From Octopus vulgaris (taxonomy: Eukaryota): 64,000 nucleotides of DNA. Positions within the stretch are counted from its first letter, which is position 1; every line of letters begins with the position of its first letter. The notes beneath the pieces are model-generated. The model saw only the letters and a list, made by a program, of their open reading frames with translations. It was not told where the DNA came from and did not search any database. Below are positions 26,440-40,175 of this stretch, in pieces. A program made the translations under genes and the position numbers. The stretch lies in the NCBI GenBank assembly GCA_951406725.2, contig OX597831.1, positions 26,102,001-26,166,000 on the forward strand, given 5' to 3'.

Positions 26440-26812
26440 TCCAGTCGTTGGAAACTAGTGACAATGGCCACAATTGACGGTTCCCCTGCTACATGGTTTG
26501 TCTTTAATACTTTTTCTCTTCTTCAAAATTCTCCCTATCCGTACACATTTCTCTTGTCACTTGTGTCATTTTCATAAACAATTTGTAGCTTGCTATAGAT
26601 GTCAGACAGCTTGCCTCTTTCCTTCATCAAAAACTCAATGATGGCACAATGCTTCTGCTTGGAACCCATTATTTGTCTCTAATGGAGAAGGACAGATCGA
26701 AGAGTTACTGTAGAAAAAGAGTTACTCTGCCAACACGTGTAATGTGAACAACCTATGTCAATTAATAAAAGTTATGCCCTCTTCTGCATTACTTTTTGTA
26801 AAACCCTCCTAA
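26440..26812 (-). mobile_element. Mariner transposase N-terminal remnant
   Basis: From ATG at 26669: MGSKQKHCAIIEFLMKERGKLSDIYSKLQIVY...KDKPCSREP, like the mariner HTH and DxPRSGRP; TIR-like end near 26790-26812. Confidence 0.6.
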
Positions 26813-27555
26813 TTACAAAACTTCTGATCTGAAGAAGAATTACAATTCCTTACACATGATTTCTTTTGCATCTCATTTCTTTCTTTCTTTCTTTTTTTTT
26901 TTTTTTTTTGAAGTCTCAAGAATTAAACTAAACAAGCAATTCTGTAAACCAAAAACAAATAAAAAAAAAAATGCTCTTTTTGGTTGAAATCTCATTTTCT
27001 GTTGCTGTTTGGGTTTGTTCGATCTTAAGTAAATCTGGACTGTTTCCATACTAACGGCAAAATATTGCCAAAAAAATTAAAAAAAAGGAAAAAAAAAAAG
27101 CACATTTTCCAGTTCACTGATGAAATATTACTTTTTTCACTTCATTTGATTGTTTGAAATTATCATAGTTGGCAGATATCCTTACTGACATACCCACCGG
27201 CAGTTTCTCCTACATTCGTGGAAGAGTTCAGTTATTTATGAAAAAGTGTTGAAACGTTTTGTAGACAGTCTGATGGCTTCATCTTCTCTTTAATAATCAG
27301 AATAGAACTTCCCAATTTGTAATGTTTATTTTTTTTTTTTATTCCAGAAATATAACAGCTAACAGCAGTAGTAGTGGTGGTGGTGGTGGTGCTGGTGCTG
27401 GTGGCAAATATATAAACATATAAATAAATAGGGAAGAATCCTTTTCAATTCATTTCATCTGGTGTTAATATGACCCACCAGGCGAATCAATGCCATTTAG
27501 AAGAAGAGTAATGATGTTAAATGATGTTACAGTTGGTTATGGATATTTCATATAT

Positions 27556-27606
<51 letters not shown>

Positions 27607-27607
<1 letters not shown>

Positions 27608-27815
27608 TCTCTTTTCTCTTTTACTTGTTTCAGTCATTTGACTGCGGCCATGCTGGAACACCACCTTTAGACGAGCAAATCGACCCCGGGACTTATTCTT
27701 TGTAAGCCCAGTACTTATTCTATCGGTCTCTTTTGCCGAACCGCTAAGTGACAGGGCCGTAAACACACCAGCATCAGTTGTCAGGCAATGTTGGGGGGAC
27801 AAACACAGACACACA
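27607..27815 (-). mobile_element. SINE family A 3' half
   Basis: TTACTTGTTTCAGTCATTTGACTGCGGCCATGCTGG... Confidence 0.85.
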
Positions 27816-28689
27816 CATATAAAAAGAGAGCGTTTCTTTGGCAGTACTGAACAGCAGTGATGCTACTAGTGAATATCCAGGTTCTTCTTGTCCACAACAT
27901 CAATTTACTATTCTTGTTCGTTATTCAGTCACCACTACACACCACTTGTGCAAGCACTCCAACATGTTTCGCTACTTTTTAAGGATTTACTCTCAGCTTT
28001 GGTTACACATATTTCTTCCATATCCATGATGGAAGCATTTTGTTCTAACCTCTCCAGTTCATGAATCACTTCTTTGATTTCCTTCTTAAGTTAATTACCA
28101 ATCTGGTTGGACATTGTGGATCTAGCTGCAACCCATGACATCCTACCTCTTTTAGAAACACTCCACACTTCCATCATCATGTGTTAGATTTCCCTAAATT
28201 CTTCATATTTTAAGCTCCATATTTTCTAACATACCATATTTTCTAATATACAAGTCAAAATTTTCAGACCTAAATTTAAATCCAAAACAGTTTAGTTGTT
28301 TGGAAGACCAAACATTCCATGTAAAATGCAACAAGATTTGGAATAACAGTAGCGTTGTTTGAATGTTTACACTATATACTATGTCAGCTTTGTGCTGCAA
28401 AATACAGTACACATCTTGTAGTACCTTATCGAGATACTGTCAACTTATGACATCATATATATTTTGGAAATACTGTACTCTTCCACAGGCCCAACCACAA
28501 ATCAGTCAGAGAGCAGTCATCTCAGAATCCATATCCCATCACATTTCACAAAGCAATCAAAAAACATAAATCAAAGTCTTTGCACAAAAAAGCAGGAAGA
28601 AAGCTTCATAAAGGAGGTGATTTTTGTCTGTTTTTGATCAGCTCAAATAGCAACCGTTGTTTTTTGTCTCTTATTTTGTAGAACAAATA

Positions 28690-28930
28690 TTGAATGAATT
28701 TTAAATGGTCTCTTCTTAGTTCTTCTGCACCTTTTGAGGTTTTTTTTTTACATGGGTTAATTTCAGTAATGGTCTTAAATTAGTCGCTATCAATTACAGA
28801 AAGTCATTCAGTACCTTTCTCATCTTCAAGTCTCTCATCTCTGAAATGATTTTTTTTTTTTACCTATGTTGAGCTGTAGATTTGTCGAGGGTCCTCTTCA
28901 TACTTTGTTGATATTGTGAGCAGTTCTCTA
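28690..28930 (-). mobile_element. Hsmar1/Mos1-like mariner transposase remnant
   Basis: Frameshifted TAHNINKV...DKSTAQH...DERLEDEKG..LSVIDSD..KTITEINP...AEEL, parallel to ETTRNIN...DESLEDEERSGRPSEVDND.LRAIIEADP...AEEL. Confidence 0.6.
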
Positions 28931-29099
28931 TTTCTAGGTGTTCTATTTTGAACTCTGACAATAAAACCACTCAAACATTCCCCCACCCCTTTATCTTTGA
29001 CAGCCTAAAATAAACAGTGAAAGCAAAGCTGTTGAAACAAACCAACAGATTAAAATCTGTACTTCAAAATGGTAGATTAGATGAATGTTAATTAAATAA

Positions 29100-29440
29100 C
29101 AGCGTCGCCTTACTGGCACTTGTGCTGGTGGCATGGGAAAAAACATTCAAGTGAAGTCGTTGCCAGTGCCACTGGACTGGCTCCTGTGCAGGTGACACGT
29201 AAAAAACACCATTTGAGCGTGGCCATTGCCAGCACCGCCTGACTGACCCTCGTGCCGGTGGCATGTAAAAGCACCCACTACACTCTCCAAGTGGTTGGCG
29301 TTATGAAGGGCATCCAGCTGTAGAAACTCTGCCAGATCAAGATTGGAGCCTGGTGTAGCCATCTGGTTTGCCAGTCCTCAATCAAATTGTCCAACCCATG
29401 CTAGCATGGAAGGCGGACGTTAAACGATGATGATGATGAT
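29100..29440 (+). mobile_element. Family B, long copy
   Basis: Internal TGGCAT/CACGTAAAA modules, core, and GGACGTTAAACGATGATG tail. Confidence 0.88.
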
Positions 29441-30299
29441 TTTATTCCAAAACATATTATTATAAAACTGCAATTAATATATGCTCCAACAATTTATGCA
29501 ATTGGCACTATTTGTAGAACTATACAACCCACAATAAATGTGGGGAAATAGATGTAAAAAAAAATGTTAGAAAAGGCATGTATCTATTCATTGTAAAGTT
29601 ACGTCTTATCTAGTTCTCTAGATTAGTTCATTCTGAAGTGACAGTAAAAACTACTTAATTCACCTGATTTTAACAAGGTAGAGCTCACGTGATTCCCACA
29701 TTAAAAGCACATTGTTATTTCAGTCTTTTAACTGAGATGTGTCTTTGTTTTCATGACATTGTCTTTACTTGTTGTGCCACACTTATTCTCCATCATCTCG
29801 TTGGCTGCTAATTACTATCTTAGGATGCTACTGCTGTTCCCACTGTTATTATTATCAAAAAGAACATTTTTCTTACTATTGTTACTTACTTATTTCAGTA
29901 GCATGGCAGACACAAGTTTTTTGGTTTTGTTTATCATTTTATACCATTCCACCCCAACCCAGCAAAAAAAAAATAATAAAAATGACTAAATAAATAAATA
30001 AATAAAATACAAAACTTGTATTTTATTTTGCTGTGTTTTAGATAATTTTTCTTAATGACTAAAAATAGCAATTTTAATTAAACTTTTGCATATTCATATG
30101 ATGGAATTACATATGTCTCTCTTTTAATTTGAAAAGATTCTTCTTTGGTTATATCATTTTGTATCATTCTTTCGTTCCTTTACCTCTTTGTTTTTCTTCA
30201 ATGAAATTTGACTTGAAATAGAAAAAATCTTTAAAAAATTGTTCGATCATTGTCTTTCGTTCTAGAACATGTATGTGTATGTGTATGTCTGTGTATATA

Positions 30300-30307
30300 T
30301 GTTGTTG

Positions 30308-30378
<71 letters not shown>
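30300..30378. repeat. (GTT)n(ATT)n microsatellite
   Basis: Directly visible. Confidence 0.95.
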
Positions 30379-30380
<2 letters not shown>

Positions 30381-30873
30381 CTCATCGCATGTAAGATATT
30401 TGTAACTTGACAAAGTCATGATGACATTGAGAAATATAAATCAATGGTAGTGTCTAAAAAGAGCAATTATTGATTGCTATGCAAAGAAACTACACTTAAA
30501 GTCTGAAAGTGTCAAATTTTTTGTTGAAGTGTTGGAATTAAAAGGAAAGAAGAAAAACAAAACATCACCCTTACACTGAAATTGTCACAACTCTGAAAGC
30601 AAGTTTCTGATAAAAGAGTGTGAGCACATTTTCACAGCACTCATCATACCTCCTTCTTTTGTCATCGATTTCTGACATTGTATTTTGTTATAATCCATAA
30701 TACAATAGAGACAATGGTTCGTGTGCAATTCCAAATTCCTGAACTATTTCTAATAACATTGTCATTAACAGTCTGGAGCCGTCACCATATCTGCTCTATC
30801 TTTTAGTTCGGAAGAAAGGCAGTGCATGTAATCCAATTACAGGGTGTCTGAGACTGGTGAGAAGGAGGTAGAA

Positions 30874-31102
30874 TTAACCCTTTCGATACCAACCCGGCCA
30901 AAACCAGCTCTGGCTCTGTAGTACAAATGTTTTGTTTTCATAAGTTTTGAATAAAAATCTTCCACCAAACCTTAGTCACAATTTATGTTCTGAACACTAG
31001 CTGAATGATAACTAAGTTATTTTACTAAATTCTTTGTTATATTTAAAATAATTGAAAGAAACACAGACCATCTCAAAATAAATACAGTAACAAAAGGGTT
31101 AA
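30874..31102 (+). mobile_element. piggyBac-type MITE family P1
   Basis: TTAA|CCCTTT...AAAGGG|TTAA termini; inverted copy at 43160-43379. Confidence 0.85.
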
Positions 31103-31919
31103 AGGTATTCTCAAACAGGGGACCTAGCCTAAATACTCTGCTAAAGGCACTCAAGGGCCAGGTGGTTGTATTAGATCAGGCTGTAAATTAACCCCTAATT
31201 GTTTGAGTAGGTTACAGCAGGATTTGAACTTGGAATGCAAACAGCCAGAGCAAATTTTGTAAAAACATCTCATCCAACACTTAACAATTTTAGCATTCAT
31301 TTATGCCAGACTGATAACTCTTGATTTAATGATTCCTGTAAAGATGAAAGACATGGCTGAACTCAGTGACTATTGAATGCATAATGCAAGAATCCAGAAT
31401 AACCACAATATGGCATTTTGTCAGACACATTTGTAAATTTGCCATTTGAATCATGATGGTCTTGATTAATATAAACCAGACTAACTCCTCTTTATCCAAA
31501 GCCACTTAGTGGCCCTCTCTTTAGCTTTGGTGACTGAATTTATGGCCATCCCCTTTACAGCATCAGCAACTCCAAGCCCAGTCAGAGATTTGTTGAATGA
31601 ATGTCTCACAAAACCTCAGCAACCTTATTCAATTGCCTTGCATGCCTGCCAGTCTTGGTGGTTTCTGTACTGCTCCCCCAAGCTCCTGCTACATAACAAG
31701 CTTTCTCTTATGACCCATCTCCATATGTTCTTCCCTCGGCATAGTCAGTTCCTATGTGATCACTTGTCTGATGAAGGCCGAGAAGATAACTCTGTCTTCA
31801 CAGAGAATCATTGCTTCAATGCTTTCAAGGGACTTTAACAGCTCAACAAGACCCACTCTCAACTGCTAGTCTGAGGTGTGGAAAAAATGTAGGCATAGTC
31901 ATTGAGGTTTCAATGACCT

Positions 31920-32150
31920 GGGCTTCTATCCAGCTCTCTGATGTAGTGATTTTCTTTTCTTTTTCTGACAAAAATGACCTTTTCCCATCATATAAAACTT
32001 ATATCTGATGTCTTCATTGACAACATTTCTGACTGTTTCTTCTGACACACAGAGATGTTTTGCAATTGATCTCATGGACTTTCTGGGATTGTAATCAATT
32101 ATCTGTTGAACTTGCTGGATAAATTCAAGAGTTCCGATGATTTGATACTG
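31920..32150 (-). mobile_element. Tc1/mariner (maT/DD37D-like) transposase remnant
   Basis: ORF 31926-32213 contains EFIQQVQQIIDYNPRKSMRSIAKHLCVSEETVRNVVNEDIRYK (second HTH). Confidence 0.7.
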
Positions 32151-32442
32151 GTGATACATTTCCATCTTTAGTCTCCGGCTCCTTACAAACTTTGTAGGCG
32201 AAAGATCTGCCAACTTTTAAAAATCAAGTTATTTCTAAATCGCTATGCTCAGCCTTTATAACCACAATAACAGAATGCCTCTTCCTTTCTTGAGTAAGAT
32301 GAGGGTCTGCCATTATTATTTTCTGAAACAAAGATTATATAGAGTTAGCAAAAATGCAGCAATGACCCAAAAAAGGTATCTCCGCAAATACTTTATGCAC
32401 CTTGGGGGGAGGGTATCATCATCATCGTTATGTCTGTATATG

Positions 32443-32757
32443 AGTGGCTTAGTGGTTGAGGTATTTGGCTCATGATTGTAAGGACGTGAGTTCGATTCCT
32501 GGCAACACATTGTGTCCTTGAGCAAAACACTTTATTTCACATTGCTCCAATCCACTCAGCTGGCAAAAATGAGGAGTGCCTGTATTTCAAAGGGACAGCC
32601 TTGTCACATTCTGTATCACACTGAATCTCCTTGAGAACTATGTTAAAGATACATGTGTCTGTGGAGTGCTCAACCACTTACACATTAATTTCACAAGCAG
32701 GCTGTTCCATTGATCGGATCAACCGGAACTCTCATTGTTGTAACCAACAGAGTGTCA
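32443..32757 (+). mobile_element. SINE family D
   Basis: TGGCTTAGTGG A box, GAGTTCGATTCC B box, GTGTCCTTGAGCAAAACACTTT; tail shared with 48965. Confidence 0.85.
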
Positions 32758-32762
32758 GTAAG

Positions 32763-32764
<2 letters not shown>

Positions 32765-32815
<51 letters not shown>

Positions 32816-33103
32816 AATGTGTGTGTATATATGTGTGTTTGTGTGTGTATGTATGTGTGTGTGTATATATATATATATATATACGTGTGTGTGTATATAT
32901 GTATATATACGTGTGTGTGTATATATATATGTGTGTGTGTATATATATGTGTGTATATATATGAATATATATGTACATATATATGTTTATATATCTGTAT
33001 ATATATATGTGTATATATATATGTATGTATGTGTATATATGTATATATATGTGTATATATGTGTATGTATGTATATCTACATATACACATGTTTGTATAT
33101 GTG

Positions 33104-33159
<56 letters not shown>

Positions 33160-33190
33160 TGTATGTGTGTATACATACATGTGTGTGTGT
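32765..33190. repeat. Compound (TA)n/(TG)n microsatellite
   Basis: Directly visible; explains the 202-aa ORF. Confidence 0.95.
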
Positions 33191-35199
33191 GTTAGTTAAA
33201 TTTTGTCTTACACTTAGTAGGTTTCACTTTCAGGTTTGAAAAATGGATATTCAATTGAAAAGACATTAAAATAAAGTTATATGTTAGGTTTCCTTTGCCT
33301 CTTTCGTCTTTCACTTCTTTAACAAAGTGGTGTGTAAAAAGAATTCTATTGATTTGAAGATTTTGACATCAAACATGCTTTCACAAATGACATCACACTG
33401 TCTTTGGTTAATGCTACACCTGAGCAAGGTATCTGATTATAGAAATATAGAGAAATTTTAACAAGATTTTTTATGTAATGTTTTATAATCTCTCTCTCCC
33501 TCTCTCTCTTTCTCTCTATTATTTAGTATACATATATTTATTATCAAATAATTAGAAAATATTTATTGGGCTAAATACAATACAGTATAGCAGTAATGCT
33601 TAGTTTTGTGTGCATACCTAGTTCACCTTGCTAGGTGTGGTCCAGAATAAATAGCAGAGCTGTTGACCAGCCATCCTGGGGTTTTTGTACTCTGGTACTC
33701 TACAGGGGCAGGGGACTAATATCAGTGCAAACAATGCAGTGATGATGCAAATAAAGGTTGTGGTGAGGAGTGAGATGTTTATGAGAGGAATAGAGAAAAG
33801 AGAAGCTCAACTGATCTCAGTTGTTAGATAAAAGACACCAGAAGTCGACCCTTATTCCACCATATGTAGATTCTGCCATCATTCATGGAATCAATGCAAA
33901 GAATGATCCTAAAAAAAAAATACAAATACACAGATAGAGGAGCTACATCTTAACAAAAAGAGTATGCTGTTCAGATGTTACCTATGAATTCTATTTTATA
34001 TATCATTTGTAATTTTACTTAATTTTGTGAAGTTCAAATACTTGAAAATTGACGACATGGTTCTGAATTCAAACGCTATTATGACATCAGGGGATGTCTA
34101 TGTATAAATCAATTATGTCTTCTAGCTGCAGTTTCCCTGAAGGATAACAACATCCATATCTTTATTACAGTTGAGTAATTAGCAGTACATAAGGGTTGAA
34201 GGAATTACTGCGCCAAATGTAAAAATGGACAAGATGAATTTAGCTAAGCATAATATGTATGTTACTTTTCACTTGGACTTGTAACCCTCTTCAGGATCTG
34301 GTGTCTTTCTAAACCTTCAAGGAATGCAAGTGTTAACCATCATAATTGGTAACAAAATCAATAGAATCAGTAATGATGGCCATAGCATGAATCAGGAAAT
34401 GAAAATAAATTGTTGGCTGAAAATTCTTACCTGAAATGTTTTGTCTCTACTCCATCTCCCAGCACACCAACTCATGTATACCACAGTTGTTTTGTTAGTC
34501 ACAATAAATGGATACCGTCCAAGTTCCATTTACAATGGTCTGTCTTGCACTACATGATACAGAAATATTGCTAAGTATGTTGTTACATTATTGCTTTATT
34601 GTGACCTGTCACCAAAGTATTGTCTACACTTAGTAATTACAAGCATAAAACAACGATTGGAAATAATGGTACTTGATTCTTCCAGAAAATGTCAGTCTGG
34701 GATATTTTAGACAGAGATTCTTGTTTTCAAAGATTTGGCAGTAATTTGCTATTTCACAATATGCCAGTATTTAGTGCTTAGATATATATTCACCATATTT
34801 AAATAAAACAGCAGCTGTTAAATCTATCCAAATCATATTAGTTTGTGGGCTTTTTTCTCCCCAATATTTAGGAGAGAGTTGTACTATATTTCAGTAGTAA
34901 TATATAGAACAGAAAATGTAGAAAGCAGGTGAAAAAAAAAGTTTATTGTGTTACATTTGCATGCATTACATTGTTTGCAGATGACTTTCTTTACATTGTG
35001 TTGTTTTAGCAGCAACTGTCTGCTTAAGAGATTGTGTCTGCTTTTCTGGAAAGTGCTGGTTAATAATACTTATTTGAGAAACAAGATAAAAATGCTTAAG
35101 CTACAACTTTAGACATAAGTTGTCTAGTTGTATATGATCACTGTGTATCCATTCAGTTTCTGTCTTTCTTTCTATGAGTGGAATGAATGTGTATGTGTA

Positions 35200-35540
35200 T
35201 ATCATCATCGTCATCATTTAACGTCCACTTTCCATGCTAGCATGGGTTCGACGATTTGACTGAGGTCTGGTGAACCAGATGGCAGCATCAGACTCCAATC
35301 TGATCTGGCAGAGTTTCTACAGCTGGATGCCCTTCCTAATGCCAACCACTCCGAGAGTGTAGTGGGTGCTTTTACATGCCACCGGCATGAGTGCCAGTCA
35401 GGAGGTACTGGCAACGGCCATGCTCAAAAGGTTGTTTTTTATGTGCCGCCTGCACAAGAGCCAGTCCAGCGGCACTGGCAACAACATCGCTCGAATGTTT
35501 TTTACACATGCCACCAGCACAAGTACCAGTAAGGCGACGC
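35200..35540 (-). mobile_element. Family B
   Basis: CAT-repeat tail, TTTAACGTCCACTTTCCATGCTAGCATGG, core. Confidence 0.88.
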
Positions 35541-35677
35541 AGGTAACAATAGTAAGGTGACACAGGTAACAATAGTAAGGTGACGCAGGTAACGATAGTA
35601 AGGCGATGCAGGTAACGATAGTCAACACAAGTAATGATAGGCAACGCAGGTAATGATAGGCGATACAGGTAACGATT
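35529..35677. repeat. 23-bp minisatellite (AGTAAGGCGACGCAGGTAACGAT), about 7 units
   Basis: Four full and three shortened units at the family B end. Confidence 0.85.
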
Positions 35678-36264
35678 CATAATGGATGCATAACCATAAT
35701 TATTTTCAGCCACAACAACAATTTGAATGAACACAGAAGTCAAACAATGTGCATATGTTGACTACAAAGTGAGTACTCAACACATGTATTACAGTAAGCT
35801 TGTGTCATTTTCCCACCTTATTCTTAAATGAAATTAGTCTCATTAAAATGTCAATACAACACTCACACATATCACTCTGTGGCAATGAACAACTACATAT
35901 CTTACTAACTGGGTGTAACACTATTTCACTGATATTTTAGATGTGAAGGAAATTTAATATCTCCATCTCTTTTGCTCAGTCTCTGTCTCTCAAAATGTAT
36001 AAGTCTGTGTGTGACAACACAATATGGCCTTTGGTTAGACCCATCTTGTGAGTGAAATTGAATGATCAAAATACTGTGCAGAAGATTGGATTGTTGAGTG
36101 GATTTTACTCATAATTCAAATGGTACAGATTTATCACATGCTCTGTCAAGCTGATTCTGCCTAAGAACTACATTAAAGATACACATGTCTGTGGAATACT
36201 CAGCCACTTACATTGTAATCCAGGAACAGGTAATTCAGTTGATCAAATTAACTGCTCATCATTT

Positions 36265-36375
36265 TGGGGTAGGAGGTAAGTCGATTGCATTGACCCCAGT
36301 GCTCAACTGGTACTTATTTTATTAACTCTGAAAGGATGAAAAGCAAAGCCGACCTCAGCAGAATTTGAACTCAAT
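36265..36375 (-). mobile_element. SINE family C fragment
   Basis: GACCCCAGTGCTCAACTGGTACTTATTT...GAATTTGAACTCA. Confidence 0.7.
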
Positions 36376-36937
36376 GTACCAGTAATATATTGTGGCTGTT
36401 TCATTCATCTTCTCTTACAAAATATTGACCTTGTGCCCAGTGACAGGTAATCACTGCTATCAAGTCATATATTTTTGACATATACTGAACTATTTCCTGG
36501 CCATCATTTACAATTTATGCCATTCCCCTTGAAGCTATATTATTCCACATATGAAAGCTTTCTTTTAACTAAGGTCATGCTTAACAATTTATAATGATGC
36601 TACTTCAGAGAGAGATTCAGAGATGGAGAGAGAGGCTGATTGATTAGTGGCCATTTTACAGCATCGTTTCAGTTGAAACAGGGAAAAATTCATTAATGTT
36701 TATCAGTTTCTAAATTATTAGAATGATTAATGTTATATTTAATGGTGAAGTATCTACTACGGTTTCAGGTTCACATCATGTTAATCTTCAGTTACAGGGT
36801 TTAGATGAAAATAAATTTGACTTCCAACCTTATTTTGGTTTTCAGTTAAGCAGAAATAATTTTATGTAAATTAAATTAGTCACTGGTAATTCCTCTTCTC
36901 CACTTGAATCACTTCATCATTTTGTCTGCTTTTACAT

Positions 36938-37284
36938 CAAGACACCCGTGCTGGTGACATGTAAAAAGCACCGTCCAAATGTGGCAGATGCCAGCGCCAC
37001 CTGACTGGCGACCGTGTCAGTGACATGTAAAAGCACCAACTGATCGTGGCCATTTGCCAGCCAGCTCTGGCCCCTGTGCCAGTGGCATGTAAAAAAACAC
37101 CCACTACACTCATGGAGTGGTTGGTGATAGGAAGGGCATCCAGCTGTAGAAACACTGCCAAATCAGACTAGAGCCTGGTGCAGCCTCCATGGCTTACCAG
37201 ACCCCGGTCGAACCGCCCAACCCATGCTAGCATGGAAAATGGATGTTAAATGATGATGATGACGATGATGATGATGATGATGAT
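36938..37284 (+). mobile_element. Family B
   Basis: Core plus long GAT tail. Confidence 0.88.
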
Positions 37285-38021
37285 CAAGTAGTTACACTCT
37301 TTAATCATGTTCATCTTCTCAACTGCTTTATGCTTGCATAACATACAACAATTCTATTCAGCTGGTTTCTATAACATTTAACTGTATATTAAGTGTTGTA
37401 CAATATGAATAAGCTGTTAGTAAATCATATCAATAACACTGCTGGGATAACAAACCACGAGTACTGCACGTGTTGCTAATGTTCTTAAATCCTTTGAGTA
37501 AAGCATAAATGTCATACAGCCACATCTCTTATCTGCTTTAAAAACGTGGTCTTCTGCTTATACAGTTAATATTTAATTAACTTTTGTTATTATCTCCAAA
37601 AAGTCTATTACATTCTAAATAGAAATTTTCCCCCTTTTTTCATTTTTGTATGGTGTCTTAAATAATAAAAAAATTGGGTAGAAAATTTACTGAGAAATTA
37701 AATGCAAAACCATTTTCTGCTCTATCAAAATAATATCCATTTTATTTTTCCATTTTAATTTAATGAAATAACTTTATGGGTTTTAGGATTTATTTTATTT
37801 TATTTATTTATTGAATTTTAGAGATTTTTTTTTTTCCTTTATTAAAAATTTTGGTATTAATTCAGTGACATCTATGGTGAAACTGAGCAATATTTAGAAG
37901 GAGGGTGAGTTAACTTAAACGATGTATCAGACAAAAAATCTGTGCAATATTTACTTCGTGCCATTACCATTTCTGAATTAGGATTTGGCTTTGCATTTCC
38001 ATTACTAAGTTACATTCAGTA

Positions 38022-38077
<56 letters not shown>

Positions 38078-38080
<3 letters not shown>

Positions 38081-38499
38081 AGTCAAGTACATCAACATCA
38101 CTGTGCTTGAGGAGACCTATTGAGTCAAGTACATCAACATCAAAATAAATATCAAATGGAAATTGTAGCTGTGATACCTGTGCGGGTGGCACATAAAAAG
38201 CACCATCCGAACATAGCCAATGCCAGTGCTGCCTTGACTGGCTTCTGTGCCAGTGGCATGTAAAAAGCGCCAACCAATCGTGGCTGCGGCCAGCCTCCCC
38301 TGGCACCTGTGCAGGCAGCACGTAAAAAGCACCCACTACAGTCACAGAATGGTTGGCATTAGGAAGGGCATCCAACTGTAGAAACACTGCTAGATCAGAC
38401 TGGAGCCTGGTGCAGCCTCCTGGCTTCCCAGATCCCCGGTCGAACCGTCCAACCCATGCTAGCACAGAAAACGGACATTAAACGATGATAATGATGATG
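38078..38499 (+). mobile_element. Family B, long copy
   Basis: Core plus tail; 23-bp direct duplication TTGAGTCAAGTACATCAACATCA at its 5' side. Confidence 0.85.
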
Positions 38500-39487
38500 A
38501 GTGTGTGTGTGTGTGTGTGTGCGCACATGCATGTGTGTGCATCTGTATGTTTACAAACACACAGTTGTTGTTGTTCCTAGACTCCAGAGCAGCTCATTTT
38601 TGAGTCATCTAAAACTCCATTAACGGTTTTTTACACTTTTAACAAAAATCCTTTTTTTTTTGTTTACTTTTTTCTTTCTTTTTTGTTTTTATTTTGTTCT
38701 GCCATTCAAATGCCTTCACCATTTATTCTTATTATCCTCCCAAAAGTTCACAAATATAAAATAAAAGCCACTTAATTATTATACTGCCAGAGAGTTTGAA
38801 CCTCTTTTAATCAACTAACTTTTAATTAATATTGTTTTTAATAACAAATAATATACATAAAAAAATTTTGGTTCACAAAGTTTACATAAGAAAATCAATC
38901 AAGAGAATTTACTCTCAATGGAAAACAATTAACATGCTGATAATGTTTGAACAGCTAAACAATAAAAGGCCTGAGAAACCAAATTTCACTTCACAAAAGC
39001 ATGATTGAAATTTTTGTTATTTTTTTAATTAACTCATATTTAATAAATTCTCATAATGCTCTCAAAAAGTTAAAACTGTTTTTTAAAACATACTCACTTA
39101 ACTTGTAAGTTATATAAATAAAATTTCAATTCATGAAGTTTATGTATCAATATTTATACACAGAGAGGCTATTTAAATTGAACTTCAAGTGTATTACTGC
39201 ATATGTTGTAATATGAATAGCAGCTGTTTAAGTTGAAATTTTTGTAACACTTCCTAAATACACATTCTATGTATTTTGTGTTAATTTTATGCTTTAAATT
39301 ATTTGTATTGTTACTAGGTCAGTAATAATGGTTACTTAAAATGGAGAAAATACCTGTTGTAGCATGTAGAAATTAAGATACATATATAATTGACCATTTA
39401 ATCAATGAGGTATAATAAACCTGCAACTTAGTGAAGTAAGTGTTGCATCATATTTGGGAGATTAAAATTGTTAAGAAGTAATCCTAT

Positions 39488-39538
<51 letters not shown>

Positions 39539-39776
39539 TGAAGCTTCATTTCCACATGCGCCAGCTTAATTCTATTATTTTTATTGTATTTTTTCCGTCC
39601 TTGTTTTTGTATACATTCACTGCTTTCTTCCAAGGAATCTAATGCTCTTAGCTTAGTTTTTCCTTGGGTCTGGCCAGATTGGAACAATCTCAAGTATAAT
39701 CAGCTGAAATTGCGAGGATAATTTGGTGCTTGACTAAGGAAAGAAAATTTATATATATATATCCATATATATATGA

Positions 39777-39811
<35 letters not shown>

Positions 39812-40175
39812 GAATATAATCAAAAGGGTAATAATATAGATTACTACCAGTGGCCCAGCACAAAGGATGAATTAGTCATTAGACAAAATATTATTCATAT
39901 AGAAAGATATTATTCATGTAGAAATATAATTAAGGGCTCCTAAATAAGGATGCCAAGTGCTAGGGACACAAAAAAGGGATAAATTTATCGAGAGTGAAAA
40001 TCAAAAACATTTACCAATAACGATACATCCCGGACTGATATCAGTTTCTACCTCTTTCTAGCAAAACAGACAGAATATGTTTGCTAAGGCCGGTTTCATC
40101 AGCGAGAATCTTGAGTTAAATCGAGATGCGCAGCGTGTTAGACCATGTGTTGATCTAAACAACTTGCAGATATTA
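39812..40175 (-). mobile_element. (TA)n-embedded element carrying a hammerhead motif (Penelope-like/retrozyme-like fragment)
   Basis: Unique CpG-richer island bounded by TA tracts; contains the motif at 40028-40107. Confidence 0.5.
40028..40107 (-). ncRNA. Type I hammerhead ribozyme motif
   Basis: Minus strand: UCUCG-CUGAUGA-AACC...GGUA-GAAA-CUGAUAUCAG-UC-CGGGA; stem I pairs, stem III palindromic, GUC triplet. Confidence 0.7.

Noticed and set aside
32443-32505. tRNA gene candidates (A/B boxes here and at 5395, 44985-45046, 48965)
   Set aside because: They are SINE heads continuing into SINE bodies; no complete cloverleaf seen
32631-33239. Longest ORF (202 aa) and the other YI/CV/HT/SL-rich ORFs
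   Set aside because: Translations of dinucleotide microsatellites that lack stop codons
34424-34436. Minus-strand CAG|GTAAGA as a donor or recursive site
   Set aside because: No pyrimidine tract and no other evidence for a minus-strand gene
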